DNA of 64,000 nucleotides from Rhodanobacteraceae bacterium (GTDB lineage Bacteria; Pseudomonadota; Gammaproteobacteria; Xanthomonadales; SZUA-5): NCBI GenBank assembly GCA_031422315.1, contig JANOQN010000068.1, positions 211,928 to 275,927 of the forward strand, read 5' to 3'. Shown piece by piece: positions 46,396 to 55,298 of this stretch (position 1 is its first letter; each line of letters starts with the position of its first letter). The notes under the pieces were generated by a model. It saw only the letters and a program-made list of their open reading frames with translations, ran no database searches and was not told where the DNA came from. The position numbers and the translations under genes were made by a program.

Positions 46396-47541
46396 TTAGC
46401 GCGATGCAATCGCAGTGTAGGCGCGATCATCCGGCCCGATGTAGTTCGCGCTTGGGCGGATAATTTTGCCATCTTGGCGCTGCTCGATCACATGTGCAGC
46501 CCAGCCGGTGGTGCGTGCAATCACGAATAGCGGGGTGAACATTGCGGTCGGCACGCCCATCATGTGATAGCTTGATGCGCTAAACCAGTCTAGATTCGGG
46601 AACATCTTTTTTAGCTCCCACATCAGCGATTCGATGCGCTCGCTGACTTCAAACAGCGTGGAATTTCCACCTGCTTGACACAGCTCAGCACTGATCGATT
46701 TGATGATCGGATTGCGCGGATCGCTAATCGTATAAACCGGGTGCCCGAAGCCAATCACGATCTCTTTACGCTCGACCCGCGCACGGATATCGGCTTCGGC
46801 CTCATCAGCGCTGCGATAGCGCGCAATAATGTCCATCGCCGCCTCGTTCGCGCCGCCGTGCTTGGGCCCACGCAGCGCGCCGATCGCACCAGTAATCGCC
46901 GAATACATATCCGAACCGGTGCCGGCGATCACACGCGCGGTGAAGGTTGAGGCGTTGAATTCATGCTCGGCGTAGAGCGTCATGGAGCGATCCAGCGCTT
47001 TGATGTGCTGCGCGGATGCGCTTTTGCCGTGCAGCAAATGCAGGAAATGCGCGGCCATAGTGCTGTCGTCAGTCTCGGTGTCAATACGTTTGCCGCTGTG
47101 GCTAAAGTGATACCAATACAGCAGCATTGAGCCAAAGCTAGCCAGCAGCCGATCCGCCACATCACGCGCTCCGGGTGCGGCATGATCGTGCTTTTCTGGC
47201 AGTACAGTGCCCAATACGGAGGCGCCGGTGCGCATCACATCCATCGGGTGCGTTCCAGCGGGTAGCAGTTCCAGCGCGGCTTTCAGCGGCGCAGGCAGGC
47301 CGCGCAAACGCGCCAGCTTGGTTTGATAAGCGCTCAGTTCGGCTTTATTCGGCAGGTGCTCATGAATAAGTAAATGTGCGACTTCTTCAAAGCTGGCGTT
47401 ATTCGCCAGATCTGCAATGTCATAGCCCCGATAGTGCAGATCATTGCCTGAGCGGCCCACCGTACAAATCGCGGTATTACCCGCAACAACGCCCGATAGG
47501 GCAACGGATTTTTTCGGTTTAGGGAGTTGGCTTTCAGACAT
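46396..47541 (-). CDS. Citrate synthase / 2-methylcitrate synthase family protein
   Basis: [19 protein letters not shown] motifs. Start trimmed to ATG 47541 ([11 protein letters not shown]); ORF-track 47601 is possible. Confidence 0.85.
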   Translation of the reverse strand: MSESQLPKPKKSVALSGVVAGNTAICTVGRSGNDLHYRGYDIADLANNASFEEVAHLLIHEHLPNKAELSAYQTKLARLRGLPAPLKAALELLPAGTHPMDVMRTGASVLGTVLPEKHDHAAPGARDVADRLLASFGSMLLYWYHFSHSGKRIDTETDDSTMAAHFLHLLHGKSASAQHIKALDRSMTLYAEHEFNASTFTARVIAGTGSDMYSAITGAIGALRGPKHGGANEAAMDIIARYRSADEAEADIRARVERKEIVIGFGHPVYTISDPRNPIIKSISAELCQAGGNSTLFEVSERIESLMWELKKMFPNLDWFSASSYHMMGVPTAMFTPLFVIARTTGWAAHVIEQRQDGKIIRPSANYIGPDDRAYTAIASR

Positions 47542-47625
47542 AAGTGGCTCGCTTGGCGCTTCAAAGCCGTGAAGAGTACGCCAAACCGGCATGTGAGCCA
47601 ATTGCTTAAACGATTAAATGGATCA

Positions 47626-47850
47626 TCAGCCGTGCTTTTCTGCGCGGTCCGACTTGTCCAGTAGTTTAATTGCGTGTGGCACATTGCTGCGCATAGCGCT
47701 TAATTCAAAATTCGTGCGAGCGCCAAAATTGGCGAGTGCAATAGTCGCAAGTTCATTAAGCAATTTGTTCAAGCTGATTTGACGAGCCGCGGCAAGGCAT
47801 TTTAAGCGCGCATGTTTGTCGTCAGGGAATCGCAGCGTTACAGTGGACAT
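47626..47850 (-). CDS. Ribbon-helix-helix (CopG/Arc, HicB-type) antitoxin-like protein, apparently orphan
   Basis: MSTVTLRFPDDKHARLKCLAAARQISLNKLLNELA is a typical RHH beta-alpha-alpha N-terminus; 74 aa. Confidence 0.7.
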   Translation of the reverse strand: MSTVTLRFPDDKHARLKCLAAARQISLNKLLNELATIALANFGARTNFELSAMRSNVPHAIKLLDKSDRAEKHG

Positions 47851-47965
47851 GGAAATTGCTCCAGAAATTCTTCAGGGGTGAAAACGTGCAATGTTGGAAA
47901 CTTCAATTCCCACCCCTTAAAGTTCAACAGGCAAGAAAATTAACTGTGCTTTGCAACGTAATCCT

Positions 47966-48113
47966 GCAAAACCCCAGCGGGGTTGCGCCCCGGTAATTCG
48001 ACTCGCCACTCTCGGCGAAACCGCGTTGCGGTTTAGACAATTTAACCTAGTCCTAGGGTAGCCTCATTTCATTCGGCCAACCCTAGGCTGAAGGACGCAA
48101 GCCCGTTGGGCTT
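47966..48113 (+). repeat. Cluster of four GC-rich hairpins including two-hairpin module copy B
   Basis: GCAAAACCCC-AGC-GGGGTTGC (47966-47986). AAACCGC-GTT-GCGGTTT (48018-48034). CCTAGGG...CCCTAGG (48052-48087). AAGCCC-GTT-GGGCTT (48099-48113). Confidence 0.5.
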
Positions 48114-48226
48114 GAACGCCACTAAATCAAATAAGCTACCTCGCACTACCTAAAGAATCTTTTGCTCCAGCCTCCTTTCATGCTGATCCAGCTAAGCTAG
48201 CTCTCTTTTTGACTTGATTGCCTACC

Positions 48227-49630
48227 ATGAGCGAACTACTTGACGTGATTTCGACGCCGATTGCCGCGATCACACCGGCGAAAAAACTGTTTATTCGCAC
48301 GCACGGCTGTCAAATGAATGAGTACGATTCCACCAAAATGGCGGACGTGCTGCATGCCAGCCACGGCTTAGAACTTACCCAGGACGAGCGCGAGGCTGAC
48401 GTCATACTGATAAATACTTGCTCGATTCGCGAAAAAGCGCAAGAAAAGGTGTTTTCGCAACTCGGCATGTGGCGTGAATTAAAAAAGCATAAGCCGGACG
48501 TGGTGATTGGCGTCGGCGGCTGTGTGGCCAGCCAGGAAGGCGAGGGTATTTTGAAGCGCGCGCCGTACGTCGATATGGTTTTTGGCCCCCAGACGCTGCA
48601 TCGGCTGCCAGAAATGCTCAACTCGGTGCAGAAAACGCGCAAGCCAGCCGTCGATATTTCCTTCCCGGAAATCGAAAAGTTTGATTCGCTGCCGGCCGCA
48701 ACCGCAAATGGCGTAACGGCGCTGGTATCGATCATGGAAGGCTGTAGCAAGTATTGCAGCTACTGCGTGGTGCCCTATACGCGCGGCGAGGAAATTTCCA
48801 GGCCGTTTGAGCAGGTAATGGAGGAAATTGGTCAGCTGGCGAAGGGCGGCGTGCGGGAAATTACCCTACTTGGGCAAAATGTAAACGCCTATCGCGGCCC
48901 GATGGACGATGGCACCGAATGCGATTTGGGGCTGCTGATTCAATACATTTCCACCATTGATGGCATTGGTCGCATCCGCTTTACCACCAGCCACCCCAGC
49001 GAATTTAACGACAGCCTGATTCAGGCCTACGCGGACGTACCGCAGCTGGCGAATCACTTGCACTTGCCGGTACAGAGCGGCTCGGATCGCATTTTGTCGG
49101 CAATGAAGCGGCCTTACACGGCTTTAGAGTTCAAGCAAAAAATTCGCAAGCTCCGCAAAGTGCGGCCCGATATTGTTATCACGAGTGATTTTATTGTCGG
49201 CTTCCCCGGTGAAACCGATAGCGATTTCGAAGCCACCATGAAGCTGATTGAGGATATCGGTTTCGATCAAAGCTTCAGCTTTATCTATAGCCGCCGGCCC
49301 GGAACGCCAGCTGCCAGCTTGCCGGATGACGTTAGCGATGCGGTAAAAAAGCAGCGCCTGCATCGGTTAAAAACCCACATCAATCAAACCGCTGAAGGCA
49401 TTGCAAAAGCGATGATTGGCACTGTTCAGCGCATTCTGGTGGATCGGCCCGCGCGTAAAAACGCCAGCACGCAAATGGCCGGTCGCACGGAAAACAATCG
49501 CGTTGTTAATTTTGACGGTCATGTGCGCCTGCAGGGCCAATTTGTTGATGTGCTGATTACCGAAGCTATGCCAAATAGCCTGCGCGGTGAATTGCATTTG
49601 AGTGATTCGGTGAATGCGAGCGCGGCGTAG
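48227..49630 (+). CDS. miaB: tRNA-i6A37 methylthiotransferase
   Basis: [16 protein letters not shown]; radical-[12 protein letters not shown]-terminal TRAM domain. ATG 48227 preferred over TTG 48218. Confidence 0.95.
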   Translation: MSELLDVISTPIAAITPAKKLFIRTHGCQMNEYDSTKMADVLHASHGLELTQDEREADVILINTCSIREKAQEKVFSQLGMWRELKKHKPDVVIGVGGCVASQEGEGILKRAPYVDMVFGPQTLHRLPEMLNSVQKTRKPAVDISFPEIEKFDSLPAATANGVTALVSIMEGCSKYCSYCVVPYTRGEEISRPFEQVMEEIGQLAKGGVREITLLGQNVNAYRGPMDDGTECDLGLLIQYISTIDGIGRIRFTTSHPSEFNDSLIQAYADVPQLANHLHLPVQSGSDRILSAMKRPYTALEFKQKIRKLRKVRPDIVITSDFIVGFPGETDSDFEATMKLIEDIGFDQSFSFIYSRRPGTPAASLPDDVSDAVKKQRLHRLKTHINQTAEGIAKAMIGTVQRILVDRPARKNASTQMAGRTENNRVVNFDGHVRLQGQFVDVLITEAMPNSLRGELHLSDSVNASAA

Positions 49631-49667
49631 TGGTTCGTATGTGCCGAGTAGCCACGGACTGCACTCC

Positions 49668-49813
49668 ACGTCGTCATCCCCGCGAAGGCGGGGATCCAGT
49701 GCAGGCGTCAAAAATTCGATGGGGTTTAATAGCTTCGGAACACCGGCGTTTTTACATTAATAAGTACACTGGAAGTTAGGTGAGCCTGGGTTCCGGCCTG
49801 CGCGGGAATGACG
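49668..49813. repeat. Compound REP/MITE-like element, copy 5 (146 bp)
   Basis: Left arm CGTCGTCATCCCCGCGAAGGCGGGGATCCAG, right arm CCTGGGTTCCGGCCTGCGCGGGAATGACG, about 85-nt spacer. Lies between miaB and phoH. Confidence 0.85.
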
Positions 49814-49898
49814 ATAATAGGTCCACACGAATTTGCGAACCAATGACTAACAACTAGCAAATACAAACCACCAAGCGAGCCAAATTTAAGTCACACAC

Positions 49899-51110
49899 AT
49901 GTCAAAAGCCAAATATCAAACCCGCAGCACCTCAAAACCCGTCCAAAATGCACAGCCCAAATCCAAGCGCGCTGCGCCTTCCAGAGCCAGTCAAACTCGG
50001 CAAAATGCCGCCGCTGCTGCCGATGCCGTGAAAGCTAGTGCGCCGTCAAAAAAGGTGCCCAACCAATCTGACAAAGCCCCAAGCGCCAGAACAAAAAGCA
50101 AGCCATTCGCTGCCAAAGCCGGTGAGCTGAGCCAACGCGGTTTTACGCTAGAACCGATGGATAATCAGCGGCTTGCGAGCTTAAACGGGCCATTTGATGC
50201 CAATTTGCGGACCATTGAAATGAAGCTCGCCATCCAGATACACAATCGCGGCAATATCTATGAGCTCAGCGGCAAAGCCAGCCAGCTCAAAGTCGGTGAA
50301 AGTCTGCTGCGCGAGCTTTACCTGCGCACCGAAACGTCGGCTATTGGCGAAAGCGATATGTTCATGCTGTTCAACGACATAGAAGATATTGCTCAGCAAT
50401 CCGATGAAGATCGAAAAACCCAGGAAGTGATTGTCAAAACCCGCAAGGGCGCGATCAAAGGCCGCGGCAATAATCAGCGCAAATATCTGCATCAAATTGC
50501 CACGAACGACATCAATTTCGGAATTGGCCCAGCCGGCACCGGCAAAACCTATTTGGCGGTCGCGATGGCAGTAGAGGCGCTTGAAACCAATCGCGTACAG
50601 CGGCTTTTGCTAGTGCGCCCGGCGGTTGAAGCGGGTGAAAAACTCGGTTTCTTGCCCGGCGATTTGGTGCAAAAAGTTGATCCGTATTTGCGCCCGCTGT
50701 ATGACGCGCTTTACGAGATGTTAGGCGTGGAAAAAGTCGGCCGCTTGATGGAGCGCAATGTCATTGAGATTGCGCCGCTGGCATTTATGCGCGGGCGCAC
50801 GCTCAACGATGCGTTTATTTTGCTGGATGAGGCGCAAAACACCACGGTGGAGCAAATGAAAATGTTCCTAACCCGCATCGGCTTTGGTTCGACAGCAGTG
50901 ATTACCGGCGATATGACGCAAGTTGATTTGCCGCGCCACATTCGCTCCGGTTTGAAGCATTCGATCGAAGTGCTGAAAGGCGTCGAAGGCATCAGCTTTA
51001 CCTTTTTTGAGGCGGCTGATGTGGTGCGCCACCCGCTGGTGCAGCGCATAGTGATGGCCTATGAGCGCCATGAAGCCGCAGCAGATAGTGTTCCGAAAGC
51101 GGCGCTGTGA
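49899..51110 (+). CDS. ybeZ: PhoH-family ATPase (YbeZ-like) with K/A/S-rich N-terminal extension
   Basis: Walker A GPAGTGKT, DEAQN. The first 80 or so residues are a low-complexity basic extension. Confidence 0.9.
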   Translation: MSKAKYQTRSTSKPVQNAQPKSKRAAPSRASQTRQNAAAAADAVKASAPSKKVPNQSDKAPSARTKSKPFAAKAGELSQRGFTLEPMDNQRLASLNGPFDANLRTIEMKLAIQIHNRGNIYELSGKASQLKVGESLLRELYLRTETSAIGESDMFMLFNDIEDIAQQSDEDRKTQEVIVKTRKGAIKGRGNNQRKYLHQIATNDINFGIGPAGTGKTYLAVAMAVEALETNRVQRLLLVRPAVEAGEKLGFLPGDLVQKVDPYLRPLYDALYEMLGVEKVGRLMERNVIEIAPLAFMRGRTLNDAFILLDEAQNTTVEQMKMFLTRIGFGSTAVITGDMTQVDLPRHIRSGLKHSIEVLKGVEGISFTFFEAADVVRHPLVQRIVMAYERHEAAADSVPKAAL

Positions 51111-51610
51111 ACCTGGTCGTTAACTTGGGCTTTGATGCCGGCTGCAGCAAAGCCGGTGTGCCCAGAAAAGCCAGCTTTGCCAGCGCGTTTGCAAGCGCCA
51201 TTGCCGCAGGCATGCGCGCGCAAAAGCGTCGAACCAATAGCCGCGCGGAATGGGCGTTAGCCTTACAAATTGTCGAGCACGATTCAGGTCTGGAGCTCAA
51301 TCAACGCTATCGGAAAAAAGCCTACGCAACTAACGTGCTGGCATTTCCAGGCGATGACATGGCGCATAAGCAAGGTTGGCTCGGCGATGTAGTGATCTGC
51401 AAACCGGTGATCGAGGCTGAGGCGCTGGCGCAGGGCAAACCGCTGAAATCACACTATTTGCATATGGCGGTGCATGCAGGGCTTCATTTACTGGGTTTTG
51501 ATCATTTGAATGACGTTGAAGCCGCAGCGATGGAAACGTTGGAGACGAAAATTTTGCTGGGCATGGGTATTGCTGATCCGTATTTAGCTGCGCATAAAAC
51601 TCATGCATAG
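51107..51610 (+). CDS. ybeY: rRNA maturation endoribonuclease YbeY
   Basis: HAGLHLLGFDH zinc motif; 4-nt overlap with phoH; GTG start. Confidence 0.9.
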   Translation: MNLVVNLGFDAGCSKAGVPRKASFASAFASAIAAGMRAQKRRTNSRAEWALALQIVEHDSGLELNQRYRKKAYATNVLAFPGDDMAHKQGWLGDVVICKPVIEAEALAQGKPLKSHYLHMAVHAGLHLLGFDHLNDVEAAAMETLETKILLGMGIADPYLAAHKTHA

Positions 51611-51664
51611 CTCAATTTGGCGTTCTGCTTCAGGCACCTTCCGATGGTCGTTCTGGCCTCGAAT

Positions 51665-51756
51665 CGTCATCCCCGCGGAGGCGGGGATCCAGTACAGGTG
51701 TCAACAACACATTGAACGATTAAGGTGCCTGGATTCCCGCCTGCGCGGGAATGACG
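51665..51756. repeat. Compound REP/MITE-like element, copy 6 (92 bp)
   Basis: CGTCATCCCCGCGGAGGCGGGGATCCAG ... CTGGATTCCCGCCTGCGCGGGAATGACG. Core nearly identical to copy 2. Confidence 0.85.
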
Positions 51757-51777
51757 ATAGTAAGTCGACGCGCAACC

Positions 51778-53499
51778 ATGGCTAAGCCCCTCAACTCCAA
51801 ATCTAAGCCGTACCGCGCATCAAAAAAAACTAGCCAGCCAGCCGCGCCGCAGTTAAGCCTCAAAACCTTGCCCGATACGCTATCCCCAAACACCTGGCTA
51901 CGCCTGACTGAAATCAAGCTGCCGCTGGTTAACGAGCACGATCCAACGCTTGCCGAATTGCGGCATTTAGCCTGCGAGCGCCTTGCAATTAGCGATGCAG
52001 AACTAACTGACCTCAACGTATTCAAGCGCGGCTACGATGCCCGTAAACGCTCAGCAATCGTGCTGATTTACACGCTGCTCGTGCAAGTTGTTGATCCACT
52101 CGGCGTGTTGAAAAAACGCCTGCCACACGTCGATGTAGCGCCCGACACCCGCTATCACATGCCGCCTGCACCGAAAAGTTGCGCGCATCGCCCGGTAATT
52201 ATTGGTTTTGGCCCGTGCGGATTATTTGCCGCGCTTATTTTGGCGCAAATGGGCTTGAAACCCATCGTGCTAGAGCGCGGTAAAGCGGTGCGTGAGCGCA
52301 CGAAAGACACGTTCGGCCTGTGGCGTAAAAACGCGCTTAACCCAGAAAGCAACGTGCAGTTCGGCGAAGGCGGCGCGGGCACATTTTCAGATGGCAAGCT
52401 GTGGAGCCAGGTTAGCGATCCGCAGTTTTTGGGCCGTAAAGTGCTTGATGAATTCGTCAAAGCCGGTGCGCCTGAAGAAATTTTGTATGTCTCGAAACCG
52501 CATATCGGCACTTTTCGGCTAGTCAGCATGATCGAAAAAATGCGTGCGGATATTGAAGCGCTGGGCGGGGAAATTCGCTTTGAAGCCAAAGTGGCTGACG
52601 TGCTAATTGAAGCCGGCGCGATACGCGGTTTGACACTCGCGGATGGCACGTTCTTAGCGGCAGATCGCGTCGTGCTGGCGATAGGCCACAGCGCGCGCGA
52701 TACCTTTCAAATGCTGTTTGAGCGCGGCGTGTACGTTGAGCCGAAAGCGTTTTCGGTGGGCTTTAGAATTGAGCATCCGCAGCATTTGATTGACGAGTCG
52801 CGTTTTGGCAGCTATGCCGGTCACGAAATTTTGGGCGCTGCTGATTACAAATTGGTGCATCACGCCAGCAACGGGCGTTCGGTTTACAGCTTTTGCATGT
52901 GCCCAGGCGGCACTGTTGTGGCGGCGACCAGCGAAGCAGGGCGCGTCGTCACCAATGGCATGAGCCAATATTCGAGGAACGAGCGCAACGCCAACGCCGG
53001 TTTAGTGGTCGGCATCACGCCCGCCGATTTTCCCAGCGCACACCCGCTAGCCGGTTTAGATTTGCAGCGCAGCTTGGAATCCGCCGCATACGCACTAGGT
53101 GGCAGCAACTATTGCGCACCCGCCCAGCGGGTCGGCGATTTCCTGGAAAAACGCGCGTCAACCGGGGCCGGCAGCGTGTTGCCCAGCTACCAGCCCGGCG
53201 TCAAATTCACCGATTTATCCAGCGCACTACCGGATTTCGCAATCACCGCCATGCGCGAAGCGATTCCCGCATTCGAGCGCCAAATTCGCGGCTTCGCAAT
53301 GCCCGATGCGATCCTAACCGGCGTAGAAACCCGCACCTCATCACCGATTCGCATCAAACGCGGCCCCGATTTTCAATCCCTCAGCGTGCGCGGATTATTC
53401 CCAGCAGGCGAGGGCGCCAGCTACGCGGGCGGCATTATGTCGGCGGCAATTGATGGGATTGAGGTGGCGCATGCGTTGGTGGAGTCGTTGGATATATAG
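51778..53499 (+). CDS. FAD-dependent oxidoreductase (COG2509-type)
   Basis: VIIGFGPCGLFAALILAQMG dinucleotide fold, GEGGAGTFSDGK, GEGASYAGGI. Start moved to ATG 51778 because ORF-track ATG 51751 lies inside the REP arm. Confidence 0.85.
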   Translation: MAKPLNSKSKPYRASKKTSQPAAPQLSLKTLPDTLSPNTWLRLTEIKLPLVNEHDPTLAELRHLACERLAISDAELTDLNVFKRGYDARKRSAIVLIYTLLVQVVDPLGVLKKRLPHVDVAPDTRYHMPPAPKSCAHRPVIIGFGPCGLFAALILAQMGLKPIVLERGKAVRERTKDTFGLWRKNALNPESNVQFGEGGAGTFSDGKLWSQVSDPQFLGRKVLDEFVKAGAPEEILYVSKPHIGTFRLVSMIEKMRADIEALGGEIRFEAKVADVLIEAGAIRGLTLADGTFLAADRVVLAIGHSARDTFQMLFERGVYVEPKAFSVGFRIEHPQHLIDESRFGSYAGHEILGAADYKLVHHASNGRSVYSFCMCPGGTVVAATSEAGRVVTNGMSQYSRNERNANAGLVVGITPADFPSAHPLAGLDLQRSLESAAYALGGSNYCAPAQRVGDFLEKRASTGAGSVLPSYQPGVKFTDLSSALPDFAITAMREAIPAFERQIRGFAMPDAILTGVETRTSSPIRIKRGPDFQSLSVRGLFPAGEGASYAGGIMSAAIDGIEVAHALVESLDI

Positions 53500-53568
53500 C
53501 AATCTATTGTTTGAAAAAAGCCCAATAAATGGTAACGTCGCGCGGCATATTGACTGATTTAGCCCAAA

Positions 53569-55284
53569 TTGATTTGCAACACCCGTTCACCGCATAAGGA
53601 TTTTACAAATGGTAACCCCCCCCTCAGAAAGTCAAAATTCATTTGGCGCAGCTGCCAAATTGCCGTAGCGCTACTTCTTTCATCTTCCTTTACCAACGCA
53701 GCCACCGTGTTTTCCGGAAGTGCGACTGCTGGTATTCCGGGTGATCAAACCACAATCATTAGAAGCCGCGTTGCCGCTGACTGGAGCATTGCGGCGCTAA
53801 CCGGGCCATCTCCTACGCTGAATCTGTTCGATAACGTGAACATTCCTGTTACCTGGATAGCGGTTGAGCCATCACTATTGTCTCCGACATTGATCGTCTA
53901 TCGCGCAGCGGGAATAAATTGCGGCGGCTGCAATGCGGCCATGATTGTTTCAAACGGCAAATTGTCGGGATTCGTAGCCACCGAAGGGCACTTCTACACA
54001 GTGCGGCAGAACCAAAAAGCGACCTTAGACAAAGAAATCATCATCTCTGAAGTTGTGCAAAATGCAGGCGGCCCAGACACCAGCAAACTAGCAAGCGACG
54101 CCATTGTCTCGCAAGGAACCAATGGTGTTCCTACTCAAACAGTCGGCACCTCAACCAATGTGACACTTGATATTCTTTCAATCGTATCGCCACAGTTGGT
54201 TGCACTAGACAGTAATCTTTTTCATCGTACTGAAGCGCTGGCTTATTACAATAATGCGCAGTTTAACAGCGGTGTTGGAATTACTGCGCGCTATGTTGGG
54301 GAAATGGAATTTCAGGATTTGGAAACTAGGCCAGGTGATATTCAAGCTATCTTTAATCGCCTATGGATTAAAAACGATGGAATATACGATTCAATACATC
54401 AAGAGAAAGATCGGGTAGGCGCAGATTTGGTGGCGGCATTTATTACTCGAAGCCCAAGTAGTCCATCTGGCGTAGCAGACATACTATATAACTTGAACTA
54501 TATTTATGAATCCACAGGATTCTCCGTAAACCAATTGAACGAACAAATATTTACTAGAGAAACATTTGCGCACGAACTTGGGCACAATGGGGGTGCTGGG
54601 CATTCAACAAGCGATTCAACTAGCTTTGGGCTATTTCCCTACAGCCGAGGTCATCAAGACAATACAGGAGCAGCGCATTTCAGAACAATTATGACCTATG
54701 GCGTTTATTGTGCGCCACCTTGTCAATCGAGCAACTCATACTCCGCGCCCGAACGTTTGTTTTTAGGCAGGCCAACTGGAATTGCTGATGTTTCCGACAA
54801 TGCAAAAACACAAAGACTCGCTGCTAATTTTTTATCAGAAATTAGACCAACAGGTGGCGTGGGTAGTCAAGTTGATATTTATGTTAATAATGGACCCCCA
54901 TTCTCATTACTACCAATAAATCCACAAAACCCTGTTCAAGGACATCGGCGCTCTTTTTGCGCATCGAATAATGGTGTCAGCAACGCTCAAAATGTTGTCA
55001 TTACTATTGACGTTGACATTGACCGAAATAGAGATCACACGTTAGTTTTTGTAGATCAAAACGGCAATCCTTGCTCGCAAGTTTCCACTAGCGACTTTAT
55101 AGATCGATACATCTGTAATATTGGAGACATTTCTACAAATCAAACAGGTTGCGCCGACGCGAGATGGTTTAACGGTCGCAATCAAGCAATTCCAGCAAAG
55201 TTTACAACGTTAGCCTTTCCGGCAAATGGTGACTACCGCCCCGCGAACAACACAATTATTGAGCAAATCGTTCTCCCATTTTAA
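53569..55284 (+). CDS. Secreted reprolysin/metzincin-like zinc metalloprotease (frame relative to its best start depends on the C-tract)
   Basis: HELGHNGGAGH (HExxHxxGxxH) plus Met-turn IMTYG. Signal peptide ...IAVALLLSSSFTNA. The coordinates give the uninterrupted ORF from TTG 53569. The SD-ATG at 53609 is out of frame by one nt. AT-rich. Confidence 0.8.
   Translation: MICNTRSPHKDFTNGNPPLRKSKFIWRSCQIAVALLLSSSFTNAATVFSGSATAGIPGDQTTIIRSRVAADWSIAALTGPSPTLNLFDNVNIPVTWIAVEPSLLSPTLIVYRAAGINCGGCNAAMIVSNGKLSGFVATEGHFYTVRQNQKATLDKEIIISEVVQNAGGPDTSKLASDAIVSQGTNGVPTQTVGTSTNVTLDILSIVSPQLVALDSNLFHRTEALAYYNNAQFNSGVGITARYVGEMEFQDLETRPGDIQAIFNRLWIKNDGIYDSIHQEKDRVGADLVAAFITRSPSSPSGVADILYNLNYIYESTGFSVNQLNEQIFTRETFAHELGHNGGAGHSTSDSTSFGLFPYSRGHQDNTGAAHFRTIMTYGVYCAPPCQSSNSYSAPERLFLGRPTGIADVSDNAKTQRLAANFLSEIRPTGGVGSQVDIYVNNGPPFSLLPINPQNPVQGHRRSFCASNNGVSNAQNVVITIDVDIDRNRDHTLVFVDQNGNPCSQVSTSDFIDRYICNIGDISTNQTGCADARWFNGRNQAIPAKFTTLAFPANGDYRPANNTIIEQIVLPF
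53616..53623 (+). repeat. Homopolymeric C8 tract (candidate slipped-strand switch)
   Basis: Eight consecutive C, beginning 7 nt after ATG 53609, which is preceded by AAGGA with an 8-nt spacer. Confidence 0.95.
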
Positions 55285-55298
55285 TTACAAAGGTCATT

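Noticed and set aside
47838-48047. A first-pass reading suggested a roughly 69-codon toxin-like ORF upstream of the RHH gene.
   Set aside because: Careful re-indexing shows an in-frame TAA at 47940-47942, so only 33 codons are open and there is no ATG. I kept it only as a possible gene remnant.
51822-51829. The A8 tract in the oxidoreductase N-terminus and the A7 tract at 34031-34037 in the GT4 gene as additional phase switches.
   Set aside because: Both are internal to intact reading frames, with no alternative SD-ATG or frame logic like that at the C8 tract. Such runs are expected by chance in AT-richer segments.
52893-53453. 186-aa arginine-rich ORF (MHVPRRHCCGGDQRSRARRHQ...).
   Set aside because: It is an alternative frame of the well-supported FAD oxidoreductase gene, and its composition is a frame artefact.
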